This document shows positions 22,104 through 34,792 of a stretch of 64,000 nt of DNA, piece by piece. Position 1 is the stretch's first letter, and every line of letters begins with the position of its first letter. Under the pieces are notes generated by a model, which saw only the letters and a list, made by a program, of their open reading frames with translations, did not search any database and was not told the origin of the DNA. A program made the position numbers and the translations under genes. The stretch is from the NCBI RefSeq assembly GCF_001194135.2, contig NC_068986.1, positions 81,403,485 to 81,467,484 on the forward strand, in the 5' to 3' direction. Origin of the DNA: Octopus bimaculoides. Taxonomy: Eukaryota.

Positions 22104-24641
22104 ATGATGGATGACCATTATAATTTAGAAACTCTAGTTGAATTTTTGGGAGAGGATTCATCAGAAGATGAAGAAGTAAAGGATCAAAGTACTGCTGATT
22201 TTTCCAAAAACTGCAGTGAATCTCACACAAAATCCACTACATTGAGAAGTAATGTTCTGGGAAATAACCAACCAACTCCCAACTCTGATCCTCACTCCAG
22301 TTCCCAAGAGAATCTTCTGGATGAGCTACAGAAAATGAGAGAACGTATGCAAGAACTAGAACAGAAATTACAGCAACAAAACTCAACACCGTCACAGCCG
22401 GTAAATTCGAATTTACCTCAAACCAATTCTGACCCTAAATCTCATAGTTTGTTTAGTGCCGAAGTTGATCTGTTTACCTCAGAAGGTCAGTCAAGACACG
22501 TTTCTTGTTCTAAAACCTCACCATCTCCTCCCTCTGTGTCTGTCAAACCTTCCACTTCTTTAGTGAATAACGGCAGAGAATCTTCGACTTTAAAAAATGA
22601 ATTATTTGGTGATAGTGATAGTGATTGGGAAGATTTGGAGGGAGAGAAACCAAAATTAAGTGAAGAGGGTAATGAAATGAAGAAATTACTGAAAAAGTCT
22701 GCAAACCAACGAATCGCCCATTCGGCCACGCATGACGTGGCAAGCCTGCGAGCGAAAGCTGTGAAGAAGAAATCACCAGTTCAAACTATCATTAATGTTG
22801 AAAAACAGTTTAATGGACAATCTGATCCAAAAGCAAACGTTTTCACAAATACAACTGCTGCTAATAACAAATGTGATACAGATCCTTTTTCAGGAATTCG
22901 TATTGTTAATCCCAAAGTATCCTCTTCCACCATGAAAATACGAATGCAAGATAGGCGAATGATTAAATTATCTCACATCCATAACAAAAATCCCAAGGAA
23001 TTATCTGAATGTGACTGGGTAACTATTGCAGTTGTGGTACAGAAAGGGGAACCAAGGAAATCTTCCAAAGGAAATACATATAGTATATGGAAATTGAATG
23101 ATTTACAGAACTGTGAGGAAAGTGTTTCATTTTTCTTGTTCAGTGAAGTGTATAAAACTCACTGGAAATTGGTTGTTGGTAGTGTGATCGGTTTATTAAA
23201 TCCAAACATGATGGATAAATCTGAAAGAAAGCAATCTGATATTGCTTTCACCATTAGCCATCCCAATAAATTAATGGTTATTGGTGAGTCTGCTGATATG
23301 GGGAAATGCCAACAACGGAAGAAGAATGGTACTCCATGTACAAATATTGTGAATAAGATGCAAGGAGAATTCTGTGTCTATCATGTCACTAGTGCTTATA
23401 AATTAACTTGTGCTAAAAGGAGTGAATTAAATAGCTACACTGGTGTCACTCCTAAATGCTTCACCAAGAAGGTTCTGCCTAAGGGAGGGATGTTTTTTTA
23501 TGAAGGTAAATCTTATACATCATTACCCTTTGGCAATACACAGCAAAAAGACAAAATTACTGTGAACAAACTGCAACATCAACAGAATAAGCTGGGACAA
23601 GCTAGGCTGTCAACAATGAGTCTTCAGAAGATCAGTGGCAAAGATCAGGCAATTCTTAATAAACTTTCTTCAGATAAGGATCAGGCATTCTTAGATATGC
23701 TGAGTACACCATCAGTTGGGTCAATGAACCTCGTGAAACATTTACTGAAGAAAGAGAAGATTGCGGCAGAGTCTGGGACAAATGTCTCTGTTGTTTCTAT
23801 CAGCCCATTAGAACTTCTCAAGAAACACAAACAACAAATGGAAATGAAAAAAACAATCACTAAACTGTCTAATCCAGTTTTAGGGAGGGGTTTACAAACT
23901 GGATTAAACATTAACTTAGATTGTGTCAAGCCAGGATCCTCAAATTCTTCTGAAATATCAAAAATATTGGCTGTCAAGAAAATCCAAAGTAGTGGAGGGC
24001 TTCAGAAAGAAGATCCTAATGCTGTCCGTAAACAAAATGATTTAAAGGTTATGGAAAAGATTAAGAAAAGAATCTCCCAAGACTTACAACCATTGACAGA
24101 AGAGGTGTCTGCTTCACAGCCTCCTCAAGCTAAGAGATCAAAACTATTAGGAAATATTGACTTAAATTCATCAGAAATAAAGAAATTGATGAAATTAAAG
24201 TCATCCCATTCTGGTGCCATTACAGAAATGGAAAATGAAAAACAGGAGAATTACTTCAATACTTTGGAGAAGAAAGAGGCATGTGAAGTCAAAATGCAAT
24301 CTATAACTGAAATGAAATGTACATTGTTCAGCTGCAAGTTGTGCAGCTATACTGCATTATCTATTGGTGATAGGTGCAAGAAAGAACGCCATCCAGTGAA
24401 GAAACATGAAGGCATGAAACGATTCTTCAAATGTCGTAAATGTAAAACTCGTCGCATTGCTTTTACACTGATGCCTAAAGATCCTTGCAATGAATGTGGT
24501 GAATATAATTTTGTAAAGACCTCAATGATGCCTGAGAAATCAGGCCCTAAACTTCAATCTGAACAACTCTCCTTGCGAGGGGATGAAGCAAAGAATTTGA
24601 ATAGTTTGTCCTATAATATAACTGCTTCCATTGAACTCTAA
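22104..24641 (+). CDS. MCM10: Minichromosome maintenance protein 10, complete 845-aa single-ORF CDS
   Basis: Acidic N-terminus and coiled coil (LLDELQKMRERMQELEQKL); internal OB-fold (DPFSGIRIVNP, DWVTIAVVVQK, YSIWKLNDL, FLFSEVYKTHWK, GSVIGLLNP); CCCH finger (CQQRKKNGTPC...FCVYH); C-terminal zinc motifs (CKLC...C...H, CRKC...CNEC) and the EKSGPKL...RGDE tail. Confidence 0.96.
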   Translation: MMDDHYNLETLVEFLGEDSSEDEEVKDQSTADFSKNCSESHTKSTTLRSNVLGNNQPTPNSDPHSSSQENLLDELQKMRERMQELEQKLQQQNSTPSQPVNSNLPQTNSDPKSHSLFSAEVDLFTSEGQSRHVSCSKTSPSPPSVSVKPSTSLVNNGRESSTLKNELFGDSDSDWEDLEGEKPKLSEEGNEMKKLLKKSANQRIAHSATHDVASLRAKAVKKKSPVQTIINVEKQFNGQSDPKANVFTNTTAANNKCDTDPFSGIRIVNPKVSSSTMKIRMQDRRMIKLSHIHNKNPKELSECDWVTIAVVVQKGEPRKSSKGNTYSIWKLNDLQNCEESVSFFLFSEVYKTHWKLVVGSVIGLLNPNMMDKSERKQSDIAFTISHPNKLMVIGESADMGKCQQRKKNGTPCTNIVNKMQGEFCVYHVTSAYKLTCAKRSELNSYTGVTPKCFTKKVLPKGGMFFYEGKSYTSLPFGNTQQKDKITVNKLQHQQNKLGQARLSTMSLQKISGKDQAILNKLSSDKDQAFLDMLSTPSVGSMNLVKHLLKKEKIAAESGTNVSVVSISPLELLKKHKQQMEMKKTITKLSNPVLGRGLQTGLNINLDCVKPGSSNSSEISKILAVKKIQSSGGLQKEDPNAVRKQNDLKVMEKIKKRISQDLQPLTEEVSASQPPQAKRSKLLGNIDLNSSEIKKLMKLKSSHSGAITEMENEKQENYFNTLEKKEACEVKMQSITEMKCTLFSCKLCSYTALSIGDRCKKERHPVKKHEGMKRFFKCRKCKTRRIAFTLMPKDPCNECGEYNFVKTSMMPEKSGPKLQSEQLSLRGDEAKNLNSLSYNITASIEL

Positions 24642-25332
24642 TTTGGAATTATTTTCACACCTAAACATTGCTCATGAATTTGATATTTTTTTTTACCATG
24701 TATATTATAAACTCGAGCACTTTATTCACAGACATTCATTTTTAGTGAATGTTGGAAACATTTTCATTTTGATAGCTCACTGCTTCCATGTGTGTGCATA
24801 TATATAGTCCTGTAAATCCTTTTTATCAATCATATCTATGTAAACATTTATTTTATAAAGTATTTATTTTTTCAAATGTTAGGATGTTTTTTATTTCACT
24901 GTTACTTTGAAAAACAAAATTCGTCTACTAATTTTCATATGATTCTATCAACTTTTGAACTTTGTTGAAGTGGGTAGAGAGGATAGGTGAGGGCAGGTAG
25001 TGTACCACCCTCTAAAGAGATATAATTAGGGTGTTACACTATCAGTATTGAAACAAGAAGTAGGATGAAGCTGGATTATAAAATCACTATGGCCTGCAAG
25101 ACTTAAGGGTAATCTCTTATCAGTTAATAGGTCAGTCTTAATAGTTATGGTCAGTGTTTCGTGTGTTTTGCGCTTATTGTTTGACCACATTGGTATTTTT
25201 AACCAGCTGTTAAATCTCTCTCTAAGGCATAGAAAACCTGTAAAATAATGATGATGATGTGTGTGTGTGTGTGCATATAAGTTTATTATATTATTTTTGG
25301 TACAACCATTTAGAAACTGCTGTAGCATGACC

Positions 25333-25385
25333 TTGCTGATAATGTTCAAACATGAAAGTTTATCATGTTTGAACATTATCAGCAA
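25333..25385. repeat. Perfect 23-bp inverted repeat with 7-nt loop
   Basis: TTGCTGATAATGTTCAAACATGA-aagttta-TCATGTTTGAACATTATCAGCAA, checked base by base. Confidence 0.95.
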
Positions 25386-25704
25386 ATTAAACAATATGCT
25401 TGCTCATTTTATCTCCATTTTCCATTCTAATATGAGTTGCACAAATCTATATGAAGTTATATTCAGTTTCAATGACTACTCCTATGCACAACCAGAATCT
25501 TTGCACTATTTATTTCAGCCATCAACTGGACAATGCCAGCCTTCAGTTAAGCTATAATATTGCGGTTGGTGATTAGTCACCCTTTCAACAACACTGAACA
25601 TACTAGTCCAAGGGACTTAAATCTGCTAAGTTTGGTATCATATGGTCATAAAGATTGTCTGATATCCATTCATATATAGTGAATAAAAATATATATATAT
25701 GCAG

Positions 25705-26556
25705 TGAATAAACTGTCATCTAAATTGTACAAAAATGAAAGTAACACTGATCTCATTTTAACGTATTTACCAAAATTACATAAAAATATCTTGCAATACT
25801 AAAGAGTAAATTTATTCAATAAAATCGCCATTGGCTTCAATCACAACTTTGGAATCTCCTGCAACTCCTTTGGATGGTCTTCTTGTTTAAGTTGGTGAAT
25901 GCTGCCATAATCTTTGCCTTCAGTTCATCTTTGGTGTTACAATGAGTTTTCTTGGTCTCTCACTCAGCTGTGCCCCACACATAATCAGTGGGGTTGCAGT
26001 CTGGGGAATTAGGTGGCCAGGTGTTAGGGGTGATGTAGTCACAGAAATTCTCTGACAGCCATGACTGGGTTCTCCTGCTTGTGTGGCACGATGCAGAGTC
26101 CTGTTGCCAGACATAGGATCTTCGAGCAGCCACCCTCTTGACTCAGGGCAGCACTGTCTCCCCCAGAAACTTGACGTAGGCCTCTGTGTTGATTCTGAGG
26201 CTGTGTGGAAAGATGAATGGTGGCATGACATTGCCATTGCTAGTGATCACTCCAAGCACCATGATGTTGAATGGATGTTTGAATTTTATCACTCATGGTA
26301 CATATCTTCAGATTGCAGTGTCCTCAGATTGATACCCAAACATGCTGAAATGTTCGTATTGGAGCTTCCAGGGCAAATGCCAAGCAGTACAGCATGTTTC
26401 CAAATTTCTGACAGAATGAATTGTATCATGGTGCTGTTTTCACACAAATGGTGCCCAACTGACCCTACTATGCTGCATAGTTGACAAAATCAAAAACAAT
26501 GCATATGCATGAAATTAGAAATATAAATTTGTGACAATTTACCCATCGCACCCTGT
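25705..26556 (-). mobile_element. Internally deleted DD37D (maT-like) Tc1/mariner element, pseudogenised
   Basis: Minus frame reads GNVMPPFIFPHSLRIN...WQQDSAPCHTSRRTQ...WPPNSPDCNPTDY...IEANGDFIE*; terminus TA|CAGGGTG at about 26555; the other end is degenerate. Confidence 0.8.
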
Positions 26557-26996
26557 ATGTATATATATATGTTTGTGTGTGAACTGTTAATCCCTATTCG
26601 TTTTTTTCTCTTTTTTTTTCATTCTTTCTTCATTTTTTTACCTCTCAATCCTTTCTGTCAAAAAACGTGGGCGAGAAATATCAAAGACCTGTCCATTTGT
26701 CCCAAGCGTTAAACTAATACACCTGCTTGTTGTTTACTCACCTGTCAATGTCTTGTTTTCTGTAAATTTGAACTTTATATACATACGTGATGAACTTCTT
26801 TTCATTTCAATCTTCCAAATTCACTCAAAAAGTTATCATTATTGTGTAAAAGACATTTGCCCAAGATGCTACAAAGCGAACCTGAAGCTACAAACTTAAA
26901 CAATGAACTTCTTAAACACTGCCACATCAGCACAATAATTTTGAAAATACATATAATAATCAAAATCAAAAATATAACACAAGTTATCTTCATTAA

Positions 26997-27215
26997 CCCT
27001 CTAGCATTCAGATTAATCTATCAAATATAATATTTATTCATTCACATTGTTTTGAATTCCTCAAGCATTATATTATGGCTTCCAGATTTTAAAGATATAA
27101 CTGTTAATTTTTAGAATGACATTGGAGGGTATGTGTGAGGGATCAAATCTAGCCACCTTGAACATAAAGCAGGTAGAATATTTTGGCCAGGTGTGGCTGT
27201 TTGAATACTAAAGGG
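26997..27215. mobile_element. piggyBac-type MITE, same family as 7318-7518
   Basis: TTAA|CCCTCTAGCATTCAGA...TTGAATACTAAAGGG|TTGA. Confidence 0.6.
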
Positions 27216-28064
27216 TTGAACTTTTATCTTAGTAAAGTCTCTATAAGTAAAATGGATACAGATTATATTGTCTCACCCATATTACTGGTATTATTTTGGC
27301 TCTTTGTAGCAAAAGTTAAAATCATTTTGAAATAAGACTAGAGAAGTTAAAGTAACATAGTACTTTTGGTTGTTTGACTATTATGTGTTACCTCACTGCT
27401 CTTCCATGCTGTATAAATGACAAGAAATGCATTAAAAATTTGAAGACAAGGACCACTGTGTGTGTGTGTGTGTGTATATATATGGTGGTTGTCTACTCCT
27501 TATGCAAAGTCTGACCACCTCTTGTATTTACACTTTAGATGTGTGTGAACCTTATAAAATGCTTATGTAATATTGTATTATTTGTTTGCAAAATAGATAT
27601 AAGATAAAAAAAAATTGTCAGTTTTTATTATATTTATTATATATATTGTTTCCGGTATAAATTAACATTACTAAGAAATATTACCAGTCCCTGGCACATT
27701 GGAAAACATACTGCCAGCACACCACATCAGATAATTTGAGAAGCACTGATCTAGACAACAGAGACTATCTACTATTTCTAGGGAGCCTCCTGAGCTTTTC
27801 ACAACATCACAGGAAATAGATGTCCTGAAATGCTCTTATTATTTATTGCTCTTGCTCATTTGTCACAAACAAATTCTACTTTCTCTGTTAACCTATCTTT
27901 GATTCCACTGTACCTTTTATTTACGTGCATATACATATATATGTGTGTATATAATTGGGCAAGTGTCTTCTACTATAGCTCCAAGGCAAACAAAATCTTG
28001 TGAATGGATTTAGTACATAGAAACCAAAATAAGCCTGTCATATAATAAATATATATATATTCTC

Positions 28065-28105
<41 letters not shown>

Positions 28106-28115
28106 NNNNNNNNNN

Positions 28116-28151
<36 letters not shown>

Positions 28152-29540
28152 TTATGTATGTATGTGTGTGTGGAGAAAGAAAGACGCGCGCGCGTTTGTT
28201 GTGTGTGAACAGGTCTGAAAACTTGTTAAAACAATTTTTTTTTTTACTGAACTAAGGAGTTGTTTCCCTTGAACTATATCTTGTCTTCAGTTTGTCTATT
28301 TCAAACGAAGATATATCCCATGTTGCATATAGTTGCTGTTCTAAATTGATTTCGCTGAATTATGTATATTAATCATTCATTTGAGTGTTGATTTACAAGG
28401 TTACATGGTGACAGTGGAAATTAAACTTAGTAAGAGTCATGATAAAAATCTGAATTTGAATCCCACGGAAAGGTTACTATGTATTAGTGACAAGGAAACT
28501 AATGATAACATGTAATGACAAACTAAAAAGGGAGGAAACAGATGTTAGCTCGAAAACGATTGAACAAATGTTTTCGTGTATGAGATGGTGTTTGCACGGT
28601 TATATTTGATACCATATTCGTTCAAAAGATACAAATTTATTTCCAAGTAGTCACGGTTGGAGCTTGGTTGTTGTTTGGATCCAAGTTAGTCCTGATTGAG
28701 CAGACTAATGATTGATGGCATTCCAGTTGTGACCAACCCATAATTTTTTTATTTTTTTATATTAGGAACTACTTCACTATCGAAATGTGTTCTTCCGTCT
28801 GTTTAGATAATACAATTGTAATTTAAAGGAAATTTGATTACAACTTCCTATAGGGCAAGTAATCGTATAGCGCAGATATGGACAACCTTTCTCCAGAAGA
28901 AGACTGCATGAGACATGGGTCATCATTAGACAGCATACAGTCTAGTAAAAGAAAGTTCAAGGTAATTTTTCATTGGCATTGTCTTTCAGAAAGTCCCGTG
29001 GGCTGCAGGTTTCTCATGACAAGTATTGAAACTCATGGAACAATGTTGTTAAGGTAGATATCATTCTTGGTGTCAACCATGGTATGTGGAGAGATAGAGG
29101 GCATTCTTACATTTTTATGATACTAAGGAAGTCACTGAAATGTATGTTCTATAAAGAGCTTTATATTGAAATCACAGCCTATTTTTAATAGTGGTTATCT
29201 ATAACCAGTGTTAACATTTACTCTCTTCAACTATGAAAGCTAGACAACGCTGAGTAAGTGTTAATGTGTGTACACATATATATACATTCATTCTTTACTC
29301 CAATTTCTATGATATTTTCCAGCTTTCCTGTTACATCTCTTATACTCATCCACTACTCCGCCTTTGCCTCCCTCCCAAATATGCTTTACTTACATTCATG
29401 CTGCTCTCTATCCCACGTCTATGGTACATTCTAGCTTTTCTTTCTCTCTCCACCCCCTCAGTGATATCCAATAAACTCTCTTCCACTGTATTTTCTCTAG
29501 TTTCCCTGCTTGGTTGCTTTCTCTGCATTAAAACTTTGCT

Positions 29541-29623
<83 letters not shown>

Positions 29624-31487
29624 CCCACTGCTATAGTACACTCCACCCTTCCTTTCTATCACTATTCTTGCTACATTCCCCCTCTGCATTTTTTCTCTCA
29701 CAGTACGTTGCCTCCTCAATACCCTCTCGTTTCTCTCTTTCTGGCCTTTCTCCACAATCTTCAAATCTCTTCTGCCCTCAGTTGGCTCTCTTTAGATTCT
29801 TCACCAATTTCTCTCTGTTGTGTTCCTACCCCCTCACACCTTGCACCCATATTCACCCTGGTAAAATTAGAGAACTCTACACAACCCAGCTCATCACCCT
29901 TATCACACTATTCCCCCTTCTCTCTCTCTCTCACTAACCCTTGACATTAATCCCTTTTTTTTTTCTTTAGTCAATTACAAATACTCGTCTTCTGTGGTGT
30001 ATACTCTGTCACTCTCTTCACTACCACACTCTCACTGTGGACCTTTTCCTCTCATCATATTTTAGCCTCTCTTGGGATCTCATCTGAAGTCATCCTACTC
30101 TCCTGTATTTCGTTCAGTCACAGAAGGTCTTTATTCTTGCAAATTGTTAGGTGACCTCACTAGTGTTGGTGCCAAGGAGAAAAAAAGTATCCTGTACACT
30201 CTAATCTGGTTGGTTTTAGGAAGGACATCAAGCCATAAAACCATACCAAAACAGACATTGGAGCATAATACATTCCTCTGATTCATCAGATCCTGTGAAA
30301 CTGTTCAGTGAATACTAGCATAAAAAGTAGATGTAAAATGATGATGGTATGATTACACACACATGAGTAATTTTAAGAATAATAGGTGAAGACTCGCTGT
30401 TGATTGTAGAATTAAATTCATTTATTAAACTCATTTTGGGTGGGACTTATTTGACTTATTCAACTAGTTAAATAAGTTGCCAGGTGGAAATTAAAGAATT
30501 AAATTTATAGTCAAAACTAATTTTGTAATAGGTATATCATCATCATCATCATTTAATGTCTGTTTCCTATGCTAGCATGGATAAGATGGTTTGGCAAGAA
30601 CTGTCAAGTCACAAAACTGCACCAAGCTCTGCTGCCTGTTTTGGTGTGGTTATGGATGCCCCTCCTAAAGCCAACCATTTTACAGAGTGTACTGGCTGCT
30701 TTTTATGTGGCACCAACAGCAGTGAGGTCACTTGCAGGACAAGATATCCCCTCTCCCCCAACTGCAGGGTATACTATTGAGGGACAGAAAGGTCTATTGC
30801 AGTTGAAGAGAGATGTGATATCTTCTGATGGAGAGAAAGATAGTAAAGGTGTGACAGAGAGGGGCGGAGGCCATACACCCAGGTTACAGGGTGATGTATA
30901 TAGTGAAGTGGACTGGGATTGGGGAGGGTATGTAGATGGGTAAGTTCAAAAGGAGAAGGGGAGGGATTTAGCTGGGCATATTGTGTGCACGTAGGTAGGT
31001 GGATATGTGAGGGAGAGTGAAAGAGGGGAAAGAGTGGTGGGGAGCATAGATGGGTTGTGGGGAAGGGAGGGAATCATGGACATGGATTTTACTTTGTTAG
31101 CTGGGTCTTCTCAAGCATAGCATTTCACCATTTCACCAATTGTCTCAGTCTTTTGTCATCTCCTCTACGAGGCTCAAAATTGGATTATTTAAGCCCAGAA
31201 TAAACAATGACTACAGTATAGAATAATGGCCAAACATTGAAATATTCAGGCTACTGGACATAATTACTTAGAGTCAGTGAATAAATATCATAATATAATT
31301 TATTTTAACACTGGCATGGGTTGCAAAGATCTGCAAATGTATATATTTAGATGACTTGCCAATTATGCAATTTTTACTGCTTTATGTCAGTACTTACTTT
31401 ACTAACTAATCATGTATGAGTGGCTCCACATTGCTTCTAAATGGATTGAGATGAGAAATCTATCAAATAGAAACCAACAGTATTGTA

Positions 31488-32628
31488 CAGGGTGCAAGGT
31501 GTATTTGTGGACATTTAACTATCAGTGTATTACTCTCTTCTTCAAACCAATTAAAAATATTTTGTCTGTTTTGGATCTCCATGGCAGACACAAGAAATGA
31601 AAAGATGTGCAGTCATTGTTGCTTGCTATATATGTGGAAAATAGTGATTTTAAAAAATGCTAACTATCTAAATGTTGCTAGATCTTTTGTATACAAAGTT
31701 CAAATGGAAATGGAAGACTCTGGTGGTAATGTTTCAACTGTATCAAAGAGAAAAAACATTCTTGGAAAATCAATGAGGGCCATCACCAAAGAATAATCAA
31801 AACTGAGGTGCACAAGGATGTTCAGTACAAGTTGTATATGCTGAGAAGAGACCAGATTACATCTGAAAAGTCATAGGAAAACTGTTTGATCCCTTCCACT
31901 TAACAAGGTTCAAAACCCTCTTGAATATATGGCATACTTTGGTTCTTCTCTGATGAGAAAGTCTTCTATCATCTCCAAAAGTCTAACTAGAGAACTAACA
32001 GACGGTTATGTGCAGATCCTTCAACTACTTCCAGAGTGATGCACACTAAGTTTCCAGCAATGTAAGTCATGACATGCTACCTCACATCTTTCCACAGGGT
32101 CTAAGAATTAGGCCCTGCAGAAAGATACTTTGAAGTGCTGCAGACAGTTGTTAAGCTCTGGATGGATGAAGTATGCAGTGGAAGGCCATGTATTTCAACA
32201 AGACTCAGTACCTTCTCACAAAGTCCGCGTAACTCAAGAAGGGATATCAGACAATCATTGCAATCATGTATCACCAAACTTGTGATTTTCAAACTTGCCA
32301 AATTTTTAATCTCATAGACTACTATATTTGGAACATTGCTGAAAGGGAAACTAAACAACATCCTCACAATACCATAGCTTTACTGGAGGCTACCATTGTC
32401 CAAGTGATGTCAAAGATGAATAAAGATCATTTAGTGTAGGCATGTCCACTATTCCAGTTCTGCATTGAAGCAATCATCAAAGCTGAAGCTGGATTCATAG
32501 AAAAATCTTATGAGGAAGCTTATTGAGAACATGTGCACTAATTTTTATTAAAATTCATTTGGTTTTTGCTAGATTAGAGTTGTTTCATTAAATTACCAAA
32601 TATATTCTCAAGTACCTCTCACACCCAG
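31488..32628 (+). mobile_element. Degenerate DD37D (maT-like) element
   Basis: TA|CAGGGTG ... CACCCAG|TA; decayed WFFSDEK, QQDSVPSHK, DYYIWNIAERETKQHPHNT and IEAIIKAEAGFIE motifs with stops. Confidence 0.78.
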
Positions 32629-33121
32629 TACTTTTAATATACAGTTTCTGTTATTTTATTTCTTATGTATGTATATGCATGTGTGTTGTGTGTGTGTGTG
32701 ATCAGGATCATTTTTACACTCACTTACCCATGCTAAGATGGGTTGGTTAGGAGATTTTGAGATAGTTATTTTACAGTTTGATGTCATTTGAGATCATCAG
32801 GCAGTCTCACAACTTTCTGAGGATTAGCTATATAAAAACTATGAGTAACATTTTGTGAATGTTTTTCAGTTTCAACAAATTACTATTTTACTCTACCTTT
32901 GGTATGCGAGTACTATTTTTTCCACCATGTGTGGTTAAGAAGTTAGTTTTGCAACCACATGGCATTTGGTTCTGTCCCTTTGCTCAGCACCTTGGCAAAT
33001 GTCTTTTATTATAGTCAAACAAAGCCTTGTGAGTGGATTTGGTAAAGAGGAACTGAAAGAAGTCTGTCATGTGAGTGTCTTTGTACATCCTTTTCTCAGC
33101 AATACCATGTGCTAACTACCA

Positions 33122-33511
33122 ACGTTGTTGTTGTTGGCACTTCGTCGCTTATGACGTCGAGGGTTCCAGTTGATCCGATCAACGGAACAGCCTGCTCATG
33201 AAATTAACGTGCAAGTGGCTGAGCACTCCACAGACACGTGTACCCTTAATGTAGTTCTCGGGGATATTCAGCATGACACAGTGTGACAAGGCTGACCCTT
33301 TGAATTACAGGCACAACAGAAACAGGAAGTAAGAGTGAAAGAAAGTTGTGGTGAAAGAGTACAGCAGGGTTCGCCACCATCCCCTGCCGGAGCCTCGTGG
33401 AGCTTTAGGTGTTTTCGCTCAATAAACACTCACAACGCCTGGTCTGGGAATAGAAACCGCGATTCTATGTCCGCGAGTCCGCTGCCCTAACCACTGGGCC
33501 ATTGCGTCTCC
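33122..33511 (-). mobile_element. Full-length tRNA-derived SINE with (CAA)n tail
   Basis: Minus strand has A-box TGGCCCAGTGG and B-box-like GGTTTCTATTCC; body shared with copies at about 46740-46880, 47190-47510 and 54111-54320. Confidence 0.85.
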
Positions 33512-34500
33512 ACTAACTACCTTGTTTACAATCTGTTATGAAAACACGTCCAGCCATGGTGCTGTTCATATTCAAAGGACTTTGCTTGCAAACAGATGAA
33601 GCTTGGCAACAGGAAAAACATACAGCCACAGAAAAACTGCCTGAACAAATTTCATCTGATTCATGAGTATAGAAAAGTGAACGTTAAAACTTCCTTATTA
33701 GTCTCTAGTTAGGTTCCTACATCGATTGATGTTTTTAGACCTTCATAGTTTGATCATCTGGGTGAATAAAGCTGAGTGATAGGTGTTACTACTATTTTAC
33801 ATCAAGTGGGAATTACAAAAATTGTTATCAGCAAATTTAATATTTTCACTTACAACTCCAATTTATTTTTCAGCAATTAGTAATTATCCAATATTTATTA
33901 TTAGGGTGTTACATGTCTTAATTTATTGATTGTATTTTACTACTAATATAGCTTACTTTGCTCAACTTCTTTATATGCAATTTCATATGTGATAATTGTA
34001 TTATCAAGTAATGATTATCTACTTAGTATAGCTTTGGGTTGATTGACACTTTATTGAAATTGGTTGATGAAAATTGTAGAAACCTATTATAAATTTTTGT
34101 GTGTGTACATGCTTTGATATTGTCTATATACTGCAGAAAACAGTATCAGGATAGGTGGTGCCACTGTTTATGTCTGCTCCAAAAACAGATTCACCCATTG
34201 AACCGATAGTCTGAAAGGCTAGGAGAAATGGCACTTTACTTGGAAACAAATAAAGGTTGTTGACAGAAAGACATTCCAGCTGTAGAAAAAATTCCTCAAT
34301 AAGTTTCAGTAATCCATGCTAGCATGGTCAGAAAACATATTTTAAAATAATTATTGTTATACACCAAGGTCGACTTTGTTTTTCATTATTTTGGGGTTGA
34401 TAAAAAAAGTACCAGTCAAGTACTGAGGTCAATTGACAAGCCCTCTCCCCCAAGTTTTCAGGCCTTATGTCTATAGTAGAAAGGATTATTATCATTAGTG

Positions 34501-34549
<49 letters not shown>

Positions 34550-34753
34550 CATGCTGAGCAATATGCTTAGCAACATTTTGTCCATCTTCACATTCTGAGT
34601 TCAAATTTTACCAAGTTCAGCTTTGCCTTTCATCCTTTTGGGGTCAATAAATTAAGTACCAGTTGAGTACTGGGGTTGATGTAATCAACTAGTTCCCTCC
34701 CACTTGTGCCTCTAGTAGAAAGTATTATTATTGTTGTTAATTATTATTATTAT

Positions 34754-34792
<39 letters not shown>

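Noticed and set aside
22487-23977. Antisense ORFs overlapping MCM10
   Set aside because: They are short shadow frames of a real CDS with no independent signal.
33440-33511. tRNA gene (also heads at 35549 and 52758)
   Set aside because: Only A/B boxes are present, there is no complete cloverleaf, and the sequence runs into a SINE body.
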